From positions 1-64,000 of the forward strand of contig NW_021832282.1 of NCBI RefSeq assembly GCF_006345805.1: DNA of 64,000 bases. The letters run 5' to 3'. Below are positions 1 to 12,720 of this stretch, piece after piece. The first letter of the stretch is position 1. Each line of letters opens with the position of its first letter. Under the pieces are notes generated by a model that saw only the letters and a program-made list of their open reading frames with translations, was not told where the DNA came from and made no database searches. This DNA comes from Octopus sinensis (Eukaryota). A program made the translations under genes and the position numbers.

Positions 1-438
1 GTACTGGTTGTCACAAAGTATTAAAATACATATATACATTCTTTGATAATAATAAGAAATTTAAAAGCAGTTTACAAGAAAGTATTTAAGAAAATATTCA
101 ACAAAAAGTATTAGGAGTTCAATAAAATTCATGTTTGTTTGGTAGTATATATATATATATATACATACACAGAAGGAAATAATATTTAAGAGTTTATAAA
201 GAATTTGAGAGGACCAACCAGTCTTCCTAGCATTTTTTTGTTTTGTGTCACCTAAATGCACCAACATCAGTTGTCAAGCGAAGTTGTGTGCGTGCGTGGG
301 GAAATGCATACATACATACATATTATATATATATATATATACTGCAGATTTTGTTACTGCAGTAAATTATTTACGGCAGATTTTGTTATATATATATATA
401 TATTTTATATATATGTTATATATATATATATATATATA

Positions 439-895
439 GGCGCAGGAGTGGCTGTGAGGTAGTAGCTTGCTTACCAACCACATGGTTCCGGGTTCAGTCC
501 CACTGCGTGGCCCCTTGGGAGAGTGTCTTCTACTATGCCGCGGCTCACCAAAACCTTGTAAGTGATTTGGTAGACAGAACTGAAAGACGCCTGTCGTATA
601 TTTGGTATATATATATATATATAATATATATATATATATATTATATATATATATATAATATATTTTGTGTGTGTGTGTGTGTGTGTTTTGTGTGTCTGTG
701 TTTGTCCCCCCCACGTCGCTTGACAACCGATGCTAGTGTGATTACCTCCCCGTACTTAGCGTTCGGCAAAACAGACTGATAGAATAAGTACTAGGCTTAC
801 AAAGAATAAGTCCCGGGGTCAATTTGTTCGACTAAAGGTGGTGCTCCAGCATGGCCACAGTCAAATGACTGAAACAAGTAAAAGAGAAAAGAGAA
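439..895 (+). mobile_element. tRNA-derived SINE family A, full length
   Basis: Box A TGGCTGTG(T/A)GG and box B GGTTCAGTCCC, central (TA)n/(TG)n, 3' end GCAGTCAAATGACTGAAACAAGTAAAAGAG; about 20 copies in the window. Confidence 0.9.
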
Positions 896-898
896 AGA

Positions 899-1061
899 GA
901 TACAATGGGCTTCTATCAGTTTCCATCTACCAAATCCACTCACAAGGCTTTGGTTGGCCCGAGCCTATAGTAGAAGACACTTGCCCAAGGTGCCACGCAG
1001 TGGGACTGAACCCAGAACCATGTGGTTGGTAAGCAAGCTACTTACTACACAGCCACTCCTG
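899..1061 (-). mobile_element. SINE A, 5' half
   Basis: Inverted head abutting the previous copy. Confidence 0.85.
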
Positions 1062-1074
1062 TGTCTGTACACTC

Positions 1075-3400
1075 ACACACACACACATATATATATATGT
1101 ATATACACACAGACATTTACGTGTAAGTATGTGTATATCTGTCTATATATACATACATATATATGTATATACACACATACATTTACGTATAAGTATGTGC
1201 ATATCCGTCTATATATACATACATATATATATATGTATATACACACAGACATTTATGTATAAATACGTGTATATCCGTCTATATATACATACATATATAT
1301 AGATGTATATACACACAGACATTTATGTATAAGTATGTGTATATCCGTCTATATATACATACATATATATATGTATATACACACAGACATTTATGTATAA
1401 ATATGTGTATATCCGTCTATATATACATACATATATATATAATATTATGTATATACAGAGACATTTATGTATAAATATGTGTATATCCGTCTATATATAC
1501 ATACATATAATATGTATATACACACAGACATTTATGTATGAATATGCGTATATTCCGTACTATATATACATATATATATGTATATACACAGATATTTACG
1601 TATAAATATGTGTATATCCGTATATATATACATACATATATATATATGTATATACACAGACATTTATGTATAAATATGTGTATATCCGTCTATATATACA
1701 TACATATATATATGTATATACACAGATATTTACGTATAAATATGTGTATATCCGTCCTATATAATACATATATATATTTGTATATACACACACATTTATA
1801 TTGTATAAATAATGTATATCTGTCTATATATACAATTAATATAGATGTATATACACAGACATTTACGTATAAAATGTGTATATCCGTGTCTATATAACAT
1901 ACATATATATATATATTTATATACACACAGACATTTATGTATAAATATATGTATATCCGTCTATATATACATACATATATATAGATGTATACACACAGAC
2001 ATTTATGTATAAATATGTGTATATCCGTCTATATATACATACATATATATATGTATATACACAGACATTTATGTATAAATATGTGTATATCCGTCTATAT
2101 ATACATACATATATATATGTATATACACACAGACATTTATGTATGAATATGCGTATATCCGTCTATATATACATATATATATATGTATATACACACAGAC
2201 ATTTATGTATAAATATATGTATATCCGTCTATATATACATACATATATATAGATGTATACACACAGACATTTATGTATAAATATGTGTATATCCGTCTAT
2301 ATATACATACATATATATATGTATATACACAGATATTTACGTATAAATATGTGTATATCCGTCTATATATACATACACATATATATATATGTATATACAC
2401 ACAGACATTTATGTATAAATATATGTATATCCGTCTATATATACATACATATATATATGTATATACACAGATATTTACGTATAAATATGTGTATATCCGT
2501 CTATATATACATACATATATATATGTATATACACACAGACATTTATGTATAAATATATGTATATCCGTCTATATATACATATATATATAGATGTATATAC
2601 ACAGACATTTACGTATAAATATATGTATATCCGTCTATATATACATACATATATATATATATGTATATACACACAGACATTTATGTATAAATATATGTAT
2701 ATCCGTCTATATATACATACATATATATATGTATATACACAGATATTTACGTATAAATATGTGTATATCCGTCTATATATACATACATATATATATATGT
2801 ATATACACACAGACATTTATGTATAAATATATGTATATCCGTCTATATATACATACATATATATAGATGTATACACACAGACATTTATGTATAAATATGT
2901 GTATATCCGTCTATATATACATACATATATATATATGTATATACACAGATATTTACGTATATGTATGTGTATATCCGTCTATATATACACACAGACATTT
3001 ATGTATAAATATGTGTATATCCGTCTATATATACATACATATATATATGTATATACACAGATATTTACGTATATGTATGTGTATATCCGTCTATATATAC
3101 ACACAGACATTTATGTATAAATATGTGTATATCCGTCTATATATACATACATATATATATGTATATACACAGATATTTACGTATATGTATGTGTATATCC
3201 GTCTATATATACACACAGACATTTATGTATAAATATGTGTATATCCGTCTATATATACATACATATATATATGTATATACACAGATATTTACGTATATGT
3301 ATGTGTATATCCGTCTATATATACACACAGACATTTATGTATAAATATGTGTATATCCGTCTATATATACATACATATATATAGATGTATACACACACAC
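1075..3400. repeat. Compound minisatellite, unit about 60-70 bp
   Basis: Recurring ACACAGACATTTATGTATAAATATGTGTATATCCGTCTATATATAC. Confidence 0.9.
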
Positions 3401-3613
3401 AAATGTAGATATTCTCACATGAGGAGGCACTGCCTACTACTCCCGGATATATTATAAGTATCCTCTTAACTGTTGCCATATCTTCATTGCTGTTCGAACG
3501 AAGCAGACTCACAGAATATTTCCAAGAAAGAAAGACTTCAAGCTCAAAGCAAAACCCAAAAACCCGACTCTGGTAAATAATATTCTTCTGATATTTATTA
3601 TTTAACACACAGT

Positions 3614-3997
3614 GGAGGCGCAATGGCCCAGTGGTCAGGGCAGCGGACTCGCGGTCGTGGGATCGCGGTTTCGATTTTCAGACCGGGCGTTGTGAGTGTT
3701 TATTGAGCGAAAACACCTAAAAGCTCCACGAGGCTCCGGCAGGGGATGGTGGTGATCCCTGCTGTACTCTTTCACCACAACTTTCTCTCACTTTTACTTC
3801 CTGTTTCTGTTGTACCTGTATTTCAAAGGGCCGGCCTTGTCCCTTTCTGTGTCACGCTGAATATCCCCGAGAACTACGTTAAGGGTACACGTGTCTGTGG
3901 AGTGCTCAGCCACTTACACGTTAATTTCACGTGCAGGCTGTTCCGTTGATCGGATCAACCAGAACCCTCGTCGTCGTAGCCGACGGAGTGCTTCCAT
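3614..3997 (+). mobile_element. tRNA-derived SINE family B
   Basis: Head GGAGGCGCAATGGCCCAGTGG..; 12-bp TSD atttaacacaca (3600 and about 4008). Confidence 0.9.
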
Positions 3998-4098
3998 CCA
4001 ACCATCCATTTAACACACAATTTACCAACACATTTACATCACTAAACATTCATTACAATTATTTTCAAACATAAATATATACTGTTATATAATCTCTT

Positions 4099-4798
4099 CT
4101 ACTCCTACTCTTTTACTTGTTTCAGTCATTTGACTGTGGCCACGCTGGAGCACAGCCTTTAGTCGAGCAAATCGACCCCAGGACTTATTCTTTGTAAGCC
4201 TAGTACTCATTCTATCGGTTTCTTTTGCCGAACCGCTAAGTTTACTCTTTTACTTGTTTCAGTCATTTGACTGCGGCCATGCTGGGGCACAGCCTTTAGT
4301 CGAGCAAATCGACCCAAGGACTTATTCTTTGTAAGCCTAGTACTTATTCTATCGGTCTCTTTTGCCGAACCGCTAAGTTTACTCTTTTACTTGTTTCAGT
4401 CATTTGACTGCAGCCATGCTGGGGCACCACCTTTAGTTGAGCAAATCGACCCCAGGACTTATTCTTTGTAAGCCTAGTACTTATTCTATCGGTCTCTTTT
4501 GACCAAACCACTAAGTTATGGGGACAAAGACACGCCAGCATTGGTTGTCAAGCGATGTTGGGTGGGGGGACAAACACAGACACACAAACATATACACGCA
4601 AACACACATATATATATATATATACATATATACGACAGGCTTCTTTCAGTTTCCGTCTACCAAATCCACTCACAAGGCTTTGGTCGACCTGAGACTATAG
4701 TAGAAGACACTTGCCTAAAGTGCCATGCAGTGGGACTGAACCCGGAACCATAAGGTTGGTAAGCAAGCTAATTACCACACAGCCACTCCTGCGCCTAT
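4099..4798 (-). mobile_element. SINE A with triplicated 3' segment
   Basis: Tail motif at about 4107, 4243 and 4381 (period about 137). Confidence 0.9.
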
Positions 4799-4937
4799 AT
4801 AGATGTTGTTTTATTTTCATACACCATTTTATAGATTAGACATTGTTTAAACATTTTACAGTGTTACTTTACAAGTGAAACATTTCATTTCCAGAATATA
4901 ATATAAAGAATACCGTAAATCCTCAAGTATAGTCCGC

Positions 4938-5560
4938 CCTTGAGTGTAATATGCAGGGGATTTTTAGGGGGCTGTACCTCTGAAAAACCTAAACCTTGAG
5001 TATAATATGCAGGGGATTTTTAGGGGGCTGTACCTCTGAAAAACCTAAACCTTGAGTATAATATGCAGGGGATTTTTAGGTGGCTGTACCTCTGAAAAAC
5101 CTAAACCTTGTGTATAATATGCAGGGGATTTTTAGGGGGCTGTACCTCTGAAAACCTAAACCTTGAGTATAATATGCAGGGAATTTTTAGGGGGCTGTAC
5201 CTCTGAAAAACCTAAACCTTGTGTATAATATGCAGGGAATTTTTAGGGGGCTGTACCTCTGAAAAACCTAAACCTTGTGTATAATATGCAGGGGATTTTT
5301 AGGGGCTGTACCTCTGAAAAACTAAGCCTTGAGTATAATATGCAGGGAATTTTTAGGGGGCTGTACCTCTGAAAACCTAAACCTTGAGTATAATATGCAG
5401 GGAATTTTTAGGGGGCTGTACCTCTGAAAACCTAAACCTTGAGTATAATATGCAGGGGATTTTTAGGGGGCTGTACCTCTGAAAACCTAAACCTTGAGTA
5501 TAATATGCAGGGAATTTTTAGGTGGCTGTACCTCTGAAAAACCTAAACCTTGTGTATAAT
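4938..5560. repeat. 55-56-bp minisatellite, about 11 copies
   Basis: CCTTGAGTATAATATGCAGGGGATTTTTAGGGGGCTGTACCTCTGAAAAACCTAAA. Confidence 0.95.
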
Positions 5561-6200
5561 ACGCACCCCTTCTCTAACATGAGTCAAGGAGGTCTATATA
5601 AAGTCCTTGGTTTGTAAAAATGTATACAGTAACATCCTTTATTATTTTTGTATATATAACATAATGCAAACGTGTAGCTTTTTTGTGAATTTTGTTTGCA
5701 GAAAATAAAGAAATAACAGAAATAACGTTTAATAAATGTTGCTTACTGCAAGTTTAGGGGGCTGTACGTCTGAAAAACCTAAACTTTGTGTATAATATGC
5801 ACCCCTTCTCTAACTTGAGTCAAGGAGGTCTATATAAAGTCCTTGGTTTGTAAAAATGTATACAGTAACATCCTTTATTATTTTTGTATATATAACATAA
5901 TGCAAACGTGTAGCTTTTTTGTGAATTTTGTTTGCAGAAAATAAAGAAATAACAGAAATAACGTTTAATAAATGTTGCTTACTGCAAGTTTAGGGGGCTG
6001 TACGTCTGAAAAACCTAAACTTTGTGTATAATATGCACCCCTTCTCTAACTTGAGTCAAGGAGGTCTATATAACGTCCTTGCTTTCTAAAACTGTATATG
6101 GTAACGTCCTTTATTATTATTGTATATATAACATAATGCAAACGTAGCTTTTTTGTGCATTTTGTTTGCAGAAAATAAAGAAATGACAGTAATAATGTAT
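5551..6200. repeat. 236-bp tandem repeat, about 2.7 copies
   Basis: Starts at 5551, 5787, 6023. Confidence 0.9.
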
Positions 6201-6204
6201 TTAG

Positions 6205-6861
6205 TCATAAAACAGCACAGCTCCTTCCATGACTTTCGGAAACATTTTTTCACACTAAGAGATGCTGAAGTATGGAAGAAACTGCTGGCATCAGTTGTTA
6301 GTTGTCGGAGCACTGCATCCTTCAAAACTTCCATGCTTCCTGAGATTCGCCAACACTACACCTGATTTTCTCCCCTCCATACACACACAAGCATGTATCT
6401 GACTCATACACTGTTCGCTTTCCAGACATTTGTACATTACTGCATATACTTTATACACACTTTTTGACAAGTTGTGGTGCACCTGAGCACTGTATACAAT
6501 AATTTCATTATTATTATTATTTAAAAACTCCACCTGTCTAACACCCATGGACATATTTACAAAGTCAGAAAACCGCACAGCTCCTATGACTTTCGGAAAC
6601 ATTTTTTCACGCTAAGAGTTGCTGAAGCATGGAACAAACTGCCGGCATCAGTTGTTAGTTGTCGGAGCACTGCATCCATCAAAACTTCTATGCTTCCTGA
6701 GATTCGCCAACACTACACCTGATCTTTCTCCCCTCCATACACAGACAAGCATGTATCTGACTCATACACTGTTCGCTTCCCAGACATTTGTACATTACTG
6801 CATATACTTTATACACACTTTTGAGAAGTTGTGGTGCATCTGAGCACTGTATACAATAATT

Positions 6862-6900
<39 letters not shown>

Positions 6901-7095
6901 CACACACATATATATATATTTGCATTCATATATGCTTTATACGCACTTTTGAGAAGTTGTGGTGCATCTGATCACTGTATATAATAATTTCATTATTATT
7001 ATTATATATACACACACATATATATCTGCATTCATATATGCTTTATACACACTTTTGACAAGTTGTGGAGCACTTGAGCACTGTATACAATAATT

Positions 7096-7146
<51 letters not shown>

Positions 7147-7250
7147 CACACACATATATATATATTTGCATTCATATATGCTTTATACGCACTTTTGACA
7201 AGTTGTGGTGCACCTGAGCACTATACAATAATTTCATTATTATATTATTA
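6205..7250 (+). mobile_element. Tandem dimer of CR1-group LINE 3' ends plus extra tail copies
   Basis: Encodes HLSNT(R/H)GHIYKVRK..FFTLRVAEAWNKLPASVVSCRSTASFK, a CR1-type ORF2 C-terminus; (ATT)n tails. Confidence 0.8.
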
Positions 7251-7392
7251 GATAAATATGATGGAAACCAAGCCAACCATGACAGTCCCATCGTTTCCAG
7301 TACATATTATCATTAGTAATACTTATATTCCATCTAACTAGCAAAATGTTCAGTCTGTCTATGAAACATAAAGTCTATGTTTTGCTAATTGT

Positions 7393-7620
7393 TGAGGCAC
7401 GTGGCTTAATGGTTAGGGTGTCAGCATCATGATCGTAAGATTGTGGTTTCGATTCTTGGACCGGGCGACATGTTGTGTTCTTGAGAAAAACACTTCATTT
7501 CACGTTGCTCCAGTCCACTCAGCTGGCAAAAATGAGTAACGCTGTGATGGACTGGTGTCCCGTCCAGCTGGGGAACACATACGCCATAGAAACCGGGAAA
7601 CCGGGCCAGGCTTTAAAAAG
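7393..7620 (+). mobile_element. Diverged tRNA-derived SINE
   Basis: Head gaggcacgtggcttaatggttagg, box B ggtttcgattc, 3' part like family C. Confidence 0.6.
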
Positions 7621-8159
7621 GGTGCATTTATCATTTATTTATTTACTAATTGTTGCATGTTAATGAAGTCTGAATATGATTGCTGTGTGTTGGGACATAA
7701 TATAGCATGTATACCAATTAAAGTTAATTTTCTCTACAGCTTAGAGTGTCTCGTTATTGAGTATTTTTCGAGCAGGGGAATCTCTTTGACTAATTATCGT
7801 TAAATAAATCTAAGCCACACATGACTATTACTTTGTGATGTTGAGAGCAAATATCATTTCCAGTGAATATAATTATCTCTATATATATAAATGGCAAAAT
7901 GTCTGTGTGCGTGTGTTCTTTATACAAATCCACAATTTTTCAGTTAGAGGGCTTGCACTTTCTATGGTCATTCAAAACCGTTGCTGGGTCATAGTGCTAG
8001 TTGCTAATATTTAGACTCCATGTAATTAATGAAACTTATTAATTACATCATAAAATAAATTGCAATCAGATGCTTATTTCTAATCATTATTACTCCAACA
8101 AAATGTTGTTTAAATATTAATTAGACAAGATTAATTCGCTGACAGAAATACATAAATGT

Positions 8160-8787
8160 TTTATAATAATGAAATTATCGAATACAGTGCTCAGGTGCCC
8201 CCACAACTTGTCAAAAGTGCGTATAAAGCATTTGCAGTAATGTACAAATGTCTGGGAAGTGAACAGTGTATGAGTCAGATACATGCTTGTGTGTGTATGG
8301 AGGGGAGGAAATCAGGTGTAGTGTTGGCGAATCTCAGAAAGCATGGAAGTTTTGAAGGATGCAGTGCTCCGACAACTAACAAATGATGCCAGCAGTTTGT
8401 TCCATGCTTCAGCAACTCTCAGTGTGAAAAAATGTTTCCGAAAGTCATGGGAGCTGTGCTGTTTTCTGACTTTGTAAATATGTCCACGGGTGTTAGACAG
8501 GTGGAGTTTTTGAATAATAATAATAATGAAATTATTGTATACAGTGCTCAGGTGCACCACAACTTGTCAAAAAGTGTGTATAAAGTATATGCAGTAATGT
8601 ACAAATGTCTGGAAAGCGAACAGTGTATGAGTCAGATACATGCTTGCGTGTGTATGGAGGGGAGAAAATCAGGTGTAGTGTTGGCGAATCTCAGGAAGAA
8701 TGGAAGTTTTGAAGGATGCAGTGCTCCGACAACAAACAACTGATGTCGGCAGTTTGTTCCATGCTTCAGCAACTCTCAGCGTGAATT
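8160..8787 (-). mobile_element. Inverted copy of the same CR1 3'-end dimer
   Basis: Same internal junction ATTATTATT(T/C)AAAAACTCCACC as at about 6522. Confidence 0.8.
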
Positions 8788-8854
8788 GTGTGTTTCAAAT
8801 AATGAAATAAACATCATTTCCCTGAAACTTTAATATTTTCACAAAGCTAAATGT

Positions 8855-8875
8855 TTTCTTTATATTTCATTACAG
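8855..8875 (+). promoter_or_regulatory. Splice acceptor of the propeller-gene exon
   Basis: Polypyrimidine tract plus CAG, 7 nt before the ATG. Confidence 0.7.
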
Positions 8876-8882
8876 ATTCACT

Positions 8883-11018
8883 ATGGATGTCCAAGAAGAA
8901 AATACTTTAAGAAAACTTATCTCTCAGAAAAGAGCTTTATGGGACTCAGCAATGAAAAGGTATGAAGATGGAGTTGACCATCAAAAGTGTAGATATGAGA
9001 GAGGTGGCTGTTCCCGGAGAGAATGGTCAGAGAAACGAGCTTCATCTTGGTCAACAACAAAACAAAAAAGGCATAAAGGAGTCTGTGAAAAGAGGGAAAT
9101 GATGGGAAAAGGAAATATTTTGGACAAACACATATTGTATACAAGATCTAATGCATATGAGGACAAAATGAATTTGTTGATAAATTCTCGGGAAGAAATA
9201 TGTACTTTTTTAAAAACTATAGGAACGGATGAAGATAATTTTCTAAAAGGTTTTACACACAAAATAGAAATTTTGATGAAAAACATTGAAAAAAATGATT
9301 ATGATCAAGATTTTATTATTTTTGAAAAACTAGAATTCTTCCTGGAACATTATTTACAGAGAAATATTTTCCAAAATAAACACAAAACCATTGAGCCACC
9401 AAATGTAACCACAAAATTTCGGCCTCTTCAACCAGTTGTGACCAAAGTAGCTGAGATTGAGGAACCTGTAGAAGGATTTGTCAAAAGCACAATACTATCC
9501 GATATTATTGTCACACATAAGGGAGTGGTCACCTTTTCCCGCCATTGTATGACAGTTTGTTTTATGACAAGAGACGGTGGCAGAAATGAGATTTGTTGTC
9601 CATCTTCTGTCACCAGTTTCACCAGAACCGGTGAAGACATGGTTCTGGCAACCCTCCCTTTCCAAAGAATGATTCTTTTAATCAGCCCCACATGTTTCAA
9701 GATTAAAAGGATTCAGTTGGGGTTGCATTTGGTTGCTTACTTAGAACATTCTACACTGATAGGTGTAGAAATGTTTGGTAAGACAGTTTACCAAATTGAT
9801 TGGGAGGATAATAGAATTCGATATGAATTCATTACTAAAGAAAAACCTACAGATATTGCTGTAGGGGTCCAGAATATACTTTTAGTTACATTTTCTACTT
9901 CTAACAGAGTAATCTGTTACAATTTGGATGGCCAACAGTTATGGGAGGTAGAGACCCATTCTCTGCACCTCCCAAGTAAAATCTCCCTGTACCAAAATTA
10001 TTTCTATGTCCTCCAGGGACAAATTATTTATAAGATTTCGGCTAAAGGTGGTGTAATAACGAGGGACATTGGCAGGAAATGCCACTCTATTTCTGTTGGT
10101 AAAGATACCATTTTGGTAACAGATTATTGCGGCAAAGCACATGCCATTGAAACAAATGAATACTTTTGGCCCAAACTGTCATACAACCACCAGGTACATA
10201 CTCTCAGTTTGAAAGACTATATTGATATTGAGGATTGCTGCAACATAACAAATTTTCTACCTATGTCTACATCTTCTATATTAGTAATTTACAAAAACAA
10301 GAAAGCTAAATTATTCACTGATAACGGGGAAATAATTAGCCAAAATAATTTAGTTTTCCTTGAGCTTCCTTCTTTCTGTTGTAGAATAAACGCAAACAGA
10401 TTCCTGGTATTTTATCGTGAAATGAAAGGGTTTCAGTATATCACCTGTCCTGAACTAAGAAAAGGCCCTTTAGTAAAGGTCCAAACAGATTATATGAAAA
10501 TATGTCTTATTGTATCAAATAAGTGTTTAGCTGTGACCACCACTGAAAACAAAATCGAGGCCCATATCATATTGGTCGAGGAAGATAAAGTTGACATTAT
10601 AGAAAGAATTTCTCTGGAACATTATAATGTCAGCATTGCTGCAACTCCAATTAATTTCGTGATCGTAGATGGAAACGAAAATAAAATGGTATTTTATTCC
10701 ACATGTGGTAAAGAACTTTTTCAAAAATACCTTCCATTCAATGGCCAACACCATCAAATCTACTCTGATAATATTTATATTTATGTCCTCTTCAAGAAAC
10801 ACTCTATTCTGGTATGTTATGATATATACGGAGAAATTAGATGGCAATGGAGACTACCTTTGCCTGTTCACCCTCACCTTGCTATTTTCCAAAGAACTTT
10901 TTATGTCCTGGACACTCAACTCAACAGGTTTCTTCTTTACAAGTATCAGGATGGGTCTTCTGGCTGTTGTTTGCACACAAATAATCCTTATATAAAAAAT
11001 CTAGATATACGAGCTTGA
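8883..11018 (+). CDS. 711-aa protein: predicted helical/coiled-coil N-terminus plus two tandem NHL-like beta-propeller regions (TRIM-NHL-like, no RING/B-box in this exon)
   Basis: Uninterrupted 2.1-kb non-repetitive ORF in AT-rich DNA, preceded by acceptor ttttctttatatttcattacag (AG 8874-8875). Blade-like motifs KPTDIAVGVQNILLVTFSTSNRVICYNLDG and ITNFLPMSTSSILVIYKNKKAKLFTDNG. Fold assignment by motif resemblance only. Confidence 0.8.
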   Translation: MDVQEENTLRKLISQKRALWDSAMKRYEDGVDHQKCRYERGGCSRREWSEKRASSWSTTKQKRHKGVCEKREMMGKGNILDKHILYTRSNAYEDKMNLLINSREEICTFLKTIGTDEDNFLKGFTHKIEILMKNIEKNDYDQDFIIFEKLEFFLEHYLQRNIFQNKHKTIEPPNVTTKFRPLQPVVTKVAEIEEPVEGFVKSTILSDIIVTHKGVVTFSRHCMTVCFMTRDGGRNEICCPSSVTSFTRTGEDMVLATLPFQRMILLISPTCFKIKRIQLGLHLVAYLEHSTLIGVEMFGKTVYQIDWEDNRIRYEFITKEKPTDIAVGVQNILLVTFSTSNRVICYNLDGQQLWEVETHSLHLPSKISLYQNYFYVLQGQIIYKISAKGGVITRDIGRKCHSISVGKDTILVTDYCGKAHAIETNEYFWPKLSYNHQVHTLSLKDYIDIEDCCNITNFLPMSTSSILVIYKNKKAKLFTDNGEIISQNNLVFLELPSFCCRINANRFLVFYREMKGFQYITCPELRKGPLVKVQTDYMKICLIVSNKCLAVTTTENKIEAHIILVEEDKVDIIERISLEHYNVSIAATPINFVIVDGNENKMVFYSTCGKELFQKYLPFNGQHHQIYSDNIYIYVLFKKHSILVCYDIYGEIRWQWRLPLPVHPHLAIFQRTFYVLDTQLNRFLLYKYQDGSSGCCLHTNNPYIKNLDIRA

Positions 11019-11172
11019 CAAAGTATCATTGGTGAAATATGTAATCTGGTGGTGTCCGACATCAACCATGATTGCTTGTTATAGAGAAATGATGGTCTTC
11101 AACAGGGATCTCTGTTGTTTAAAATCCATCAGAACTGAGAAATACTACAACACAATTTATAAATACAACGGC

Positions 11173-11477
11173 TGTGGAGGCACATGGCCTAGTGGTTAGA
11201 GCAGCAAACTCGCGGTCGAGAGATCGCGGGTTCGAATCTCAGACCGGGCGATGTGTGTGTTTATGAGCGAAACACCTAAGCTCCACGCGGCTCCAGCAGA
11301 AGGTAATGACGAACTTCTGCTGACTCTTTCGCCACAACTTTCTCTCACTCTTTCCTTCTGCATCTTGCAGCTCACCTGTGAGGGACAGGCGTCCCATCCA
11401 GGTGGAAAACCTATACGCCAAGAAACCGGAAACCGGCCCTTATGAGCCAGGCATGGCTCAAGAAGGAACAAACAACG
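11173..11477 (+). mobile_element. tRNA-derived SINE family C
   Basis: Head GGAGGCACATGGCCTAGTGG, box B GGTTCGAATCTC; 12-bp TSD aaatacaacggc (11161, 11478). Confidence 0.9.
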
Positions 11478-11792
11478 AAATACAACGGCAATCAACTCGT
11501 GTGTGGTGGTCATTATATTAGAGACATAACTCAAGAAGAGAGAGACGAGAAATACTAAAGAATATGGAACAACAAGAAGGATTACTACATTTGCAAAGAC
11601 CCTGACATCTTTGACTCTTATTTTGTGGATGTGATTGATATCAAAGGTAGGAAATGTAAAGATGAAGTACGTCACGGGGAGACGGGGAGGGAGAGGGAAT
11701 GTTGGAAGATGCAGGTGTGGATGATGTGGGAGTCACATCTTTTGGTGATGTTGTTGTTGTGAGGAGGGAGAAGAAGAAGGAGTAGAAATCTG

Positions 11793-12219
11793 GGATCTTT
11801 TCGGTTTGAACGGCAGTTTTTTAAAATAATTTCCACGTAACTAAACACTTTTAAACTTCGTATACTGGTAGAATGTGTTTATAAAACATCTTTTTCTCTT
11901 GGCTTTATTGAGAAAATTCTGTAGTTTGTAAGATATTTGTTGTTTTCTTCCTTCAATTTCTGCAATTTCAACCAATCAATGACGTCTATCGAGGTGAGAA
12001 ACATTCTGTGCCGTATGAATATGTCCCTCGTTTAAGAAACAGATTAGGTTTATTTACATTTCTGAAGAAAAAAATATACCCTTCCCCCACCCCTAAGCCT
12101 AACTAACCCTAACCCTAAATCAGATTGAAATACAATAGATTGATACCAGGGTCATAATTATGAGTGACAATTTCATATGGCACCGCCAGAAAAAACTGCC
12201 ATTCAAACGGAAAAGATCC
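11793..12219 (+). mobile_element. MITE, about 29-bp TIR GGATCTTTTCGGTTTGAACGGCAGTTTTT, 8-bp TSD (Merlin-like)
   Basis: TSD gaaatctg at 11785-11792 and 12220-12227. GG termini plus an 8-bp TSD fit Merlin; hAT is not excluded. Confidence 0.8.
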
Positions 12220-12331
12220 GAAATCTGAATGGAGGATTGATTCCTATCTTGTGGAATGGTTCAGCGAAAAGTCGTTGGTGAGGAGGATAAGAACAGAAGG
12301 CAGACATTCTGGTCTGGTCTTTTATATTCCA

Positions 12332-12720
12332 AGAGTGGCTGTGTGGTAAGTAGCTTGAAAACCAACCACATGGTTCCGGGTTCAGTCCCACAGCGTGGCA
12401 TCTTGGGCAAGTGTCTTCTGCTATAGCCCCGGGCCGACCAATGCCTTGTGAGTGGATATGGTAGACGGAAACTGAAAGAGGCCTGTCGTATATATGTATA
12501 TATATATATATGTGTGTGTCTGTGTTTGTCCCTCTAGCATTGCTTGACAACCGAAGCTGGTGTGTTTACGTCCCCGTCACTTAGCGGTTCGGCAAAAAGA
12601 GACCGATAGAATAAGTACTGGGCTTACAAAGAATAAGTCCCGGGGTCAATTTGCTCGACTAAAGGCGGTGCTCCAGCATGGCCGCAGTCAAATGACTGAA
12701 ACTAGTAAAAGAGTAAAAGA
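12332..12720 (+). mobile_element. SINE A inserted in the decayed propeller domain
   Basis: Family A sequence between codons CCA and GAG-AGT. Confidence 0.9.

Noticed and set aside
61-3400. Many 60-190 aa ORFs rich in I/Y/C/V/H/T here and at 14.8-15.7, 21.8-22.8, 24.3-27.6 and 46.0-46.8 kb
   Set aside because: Translations of (TA)n, (TG)n and (TCTA)n repeats, which lack stops in some frames.
3409-3572. Open stretch with hydrophobic peptide PGYIISILLTVAISSLLF as a possible upstream exon
   Set aside because: No pyrimidine tract before the AG, and splicing TG/GTAAAT to 8876 creates an in-frame TGA.
3614-3690. tRNA-like sequences (also 439, 11173, 38161 and others)
   Set aside because: A/B boxes belong to SINE heads that run into SINE bodies with TSDs; no complete cloverleaf.
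8917-10995. Short alternative-frame and antisense ORFs within the 711-aa ORF
   Set aside because: At most 108 aa with no recognisable motifs; expected shadows.
12093-12120. Telomere-like CCCTAA repeats
   Set aside because: Only 2-3 units, internal to every copy of the MITE.
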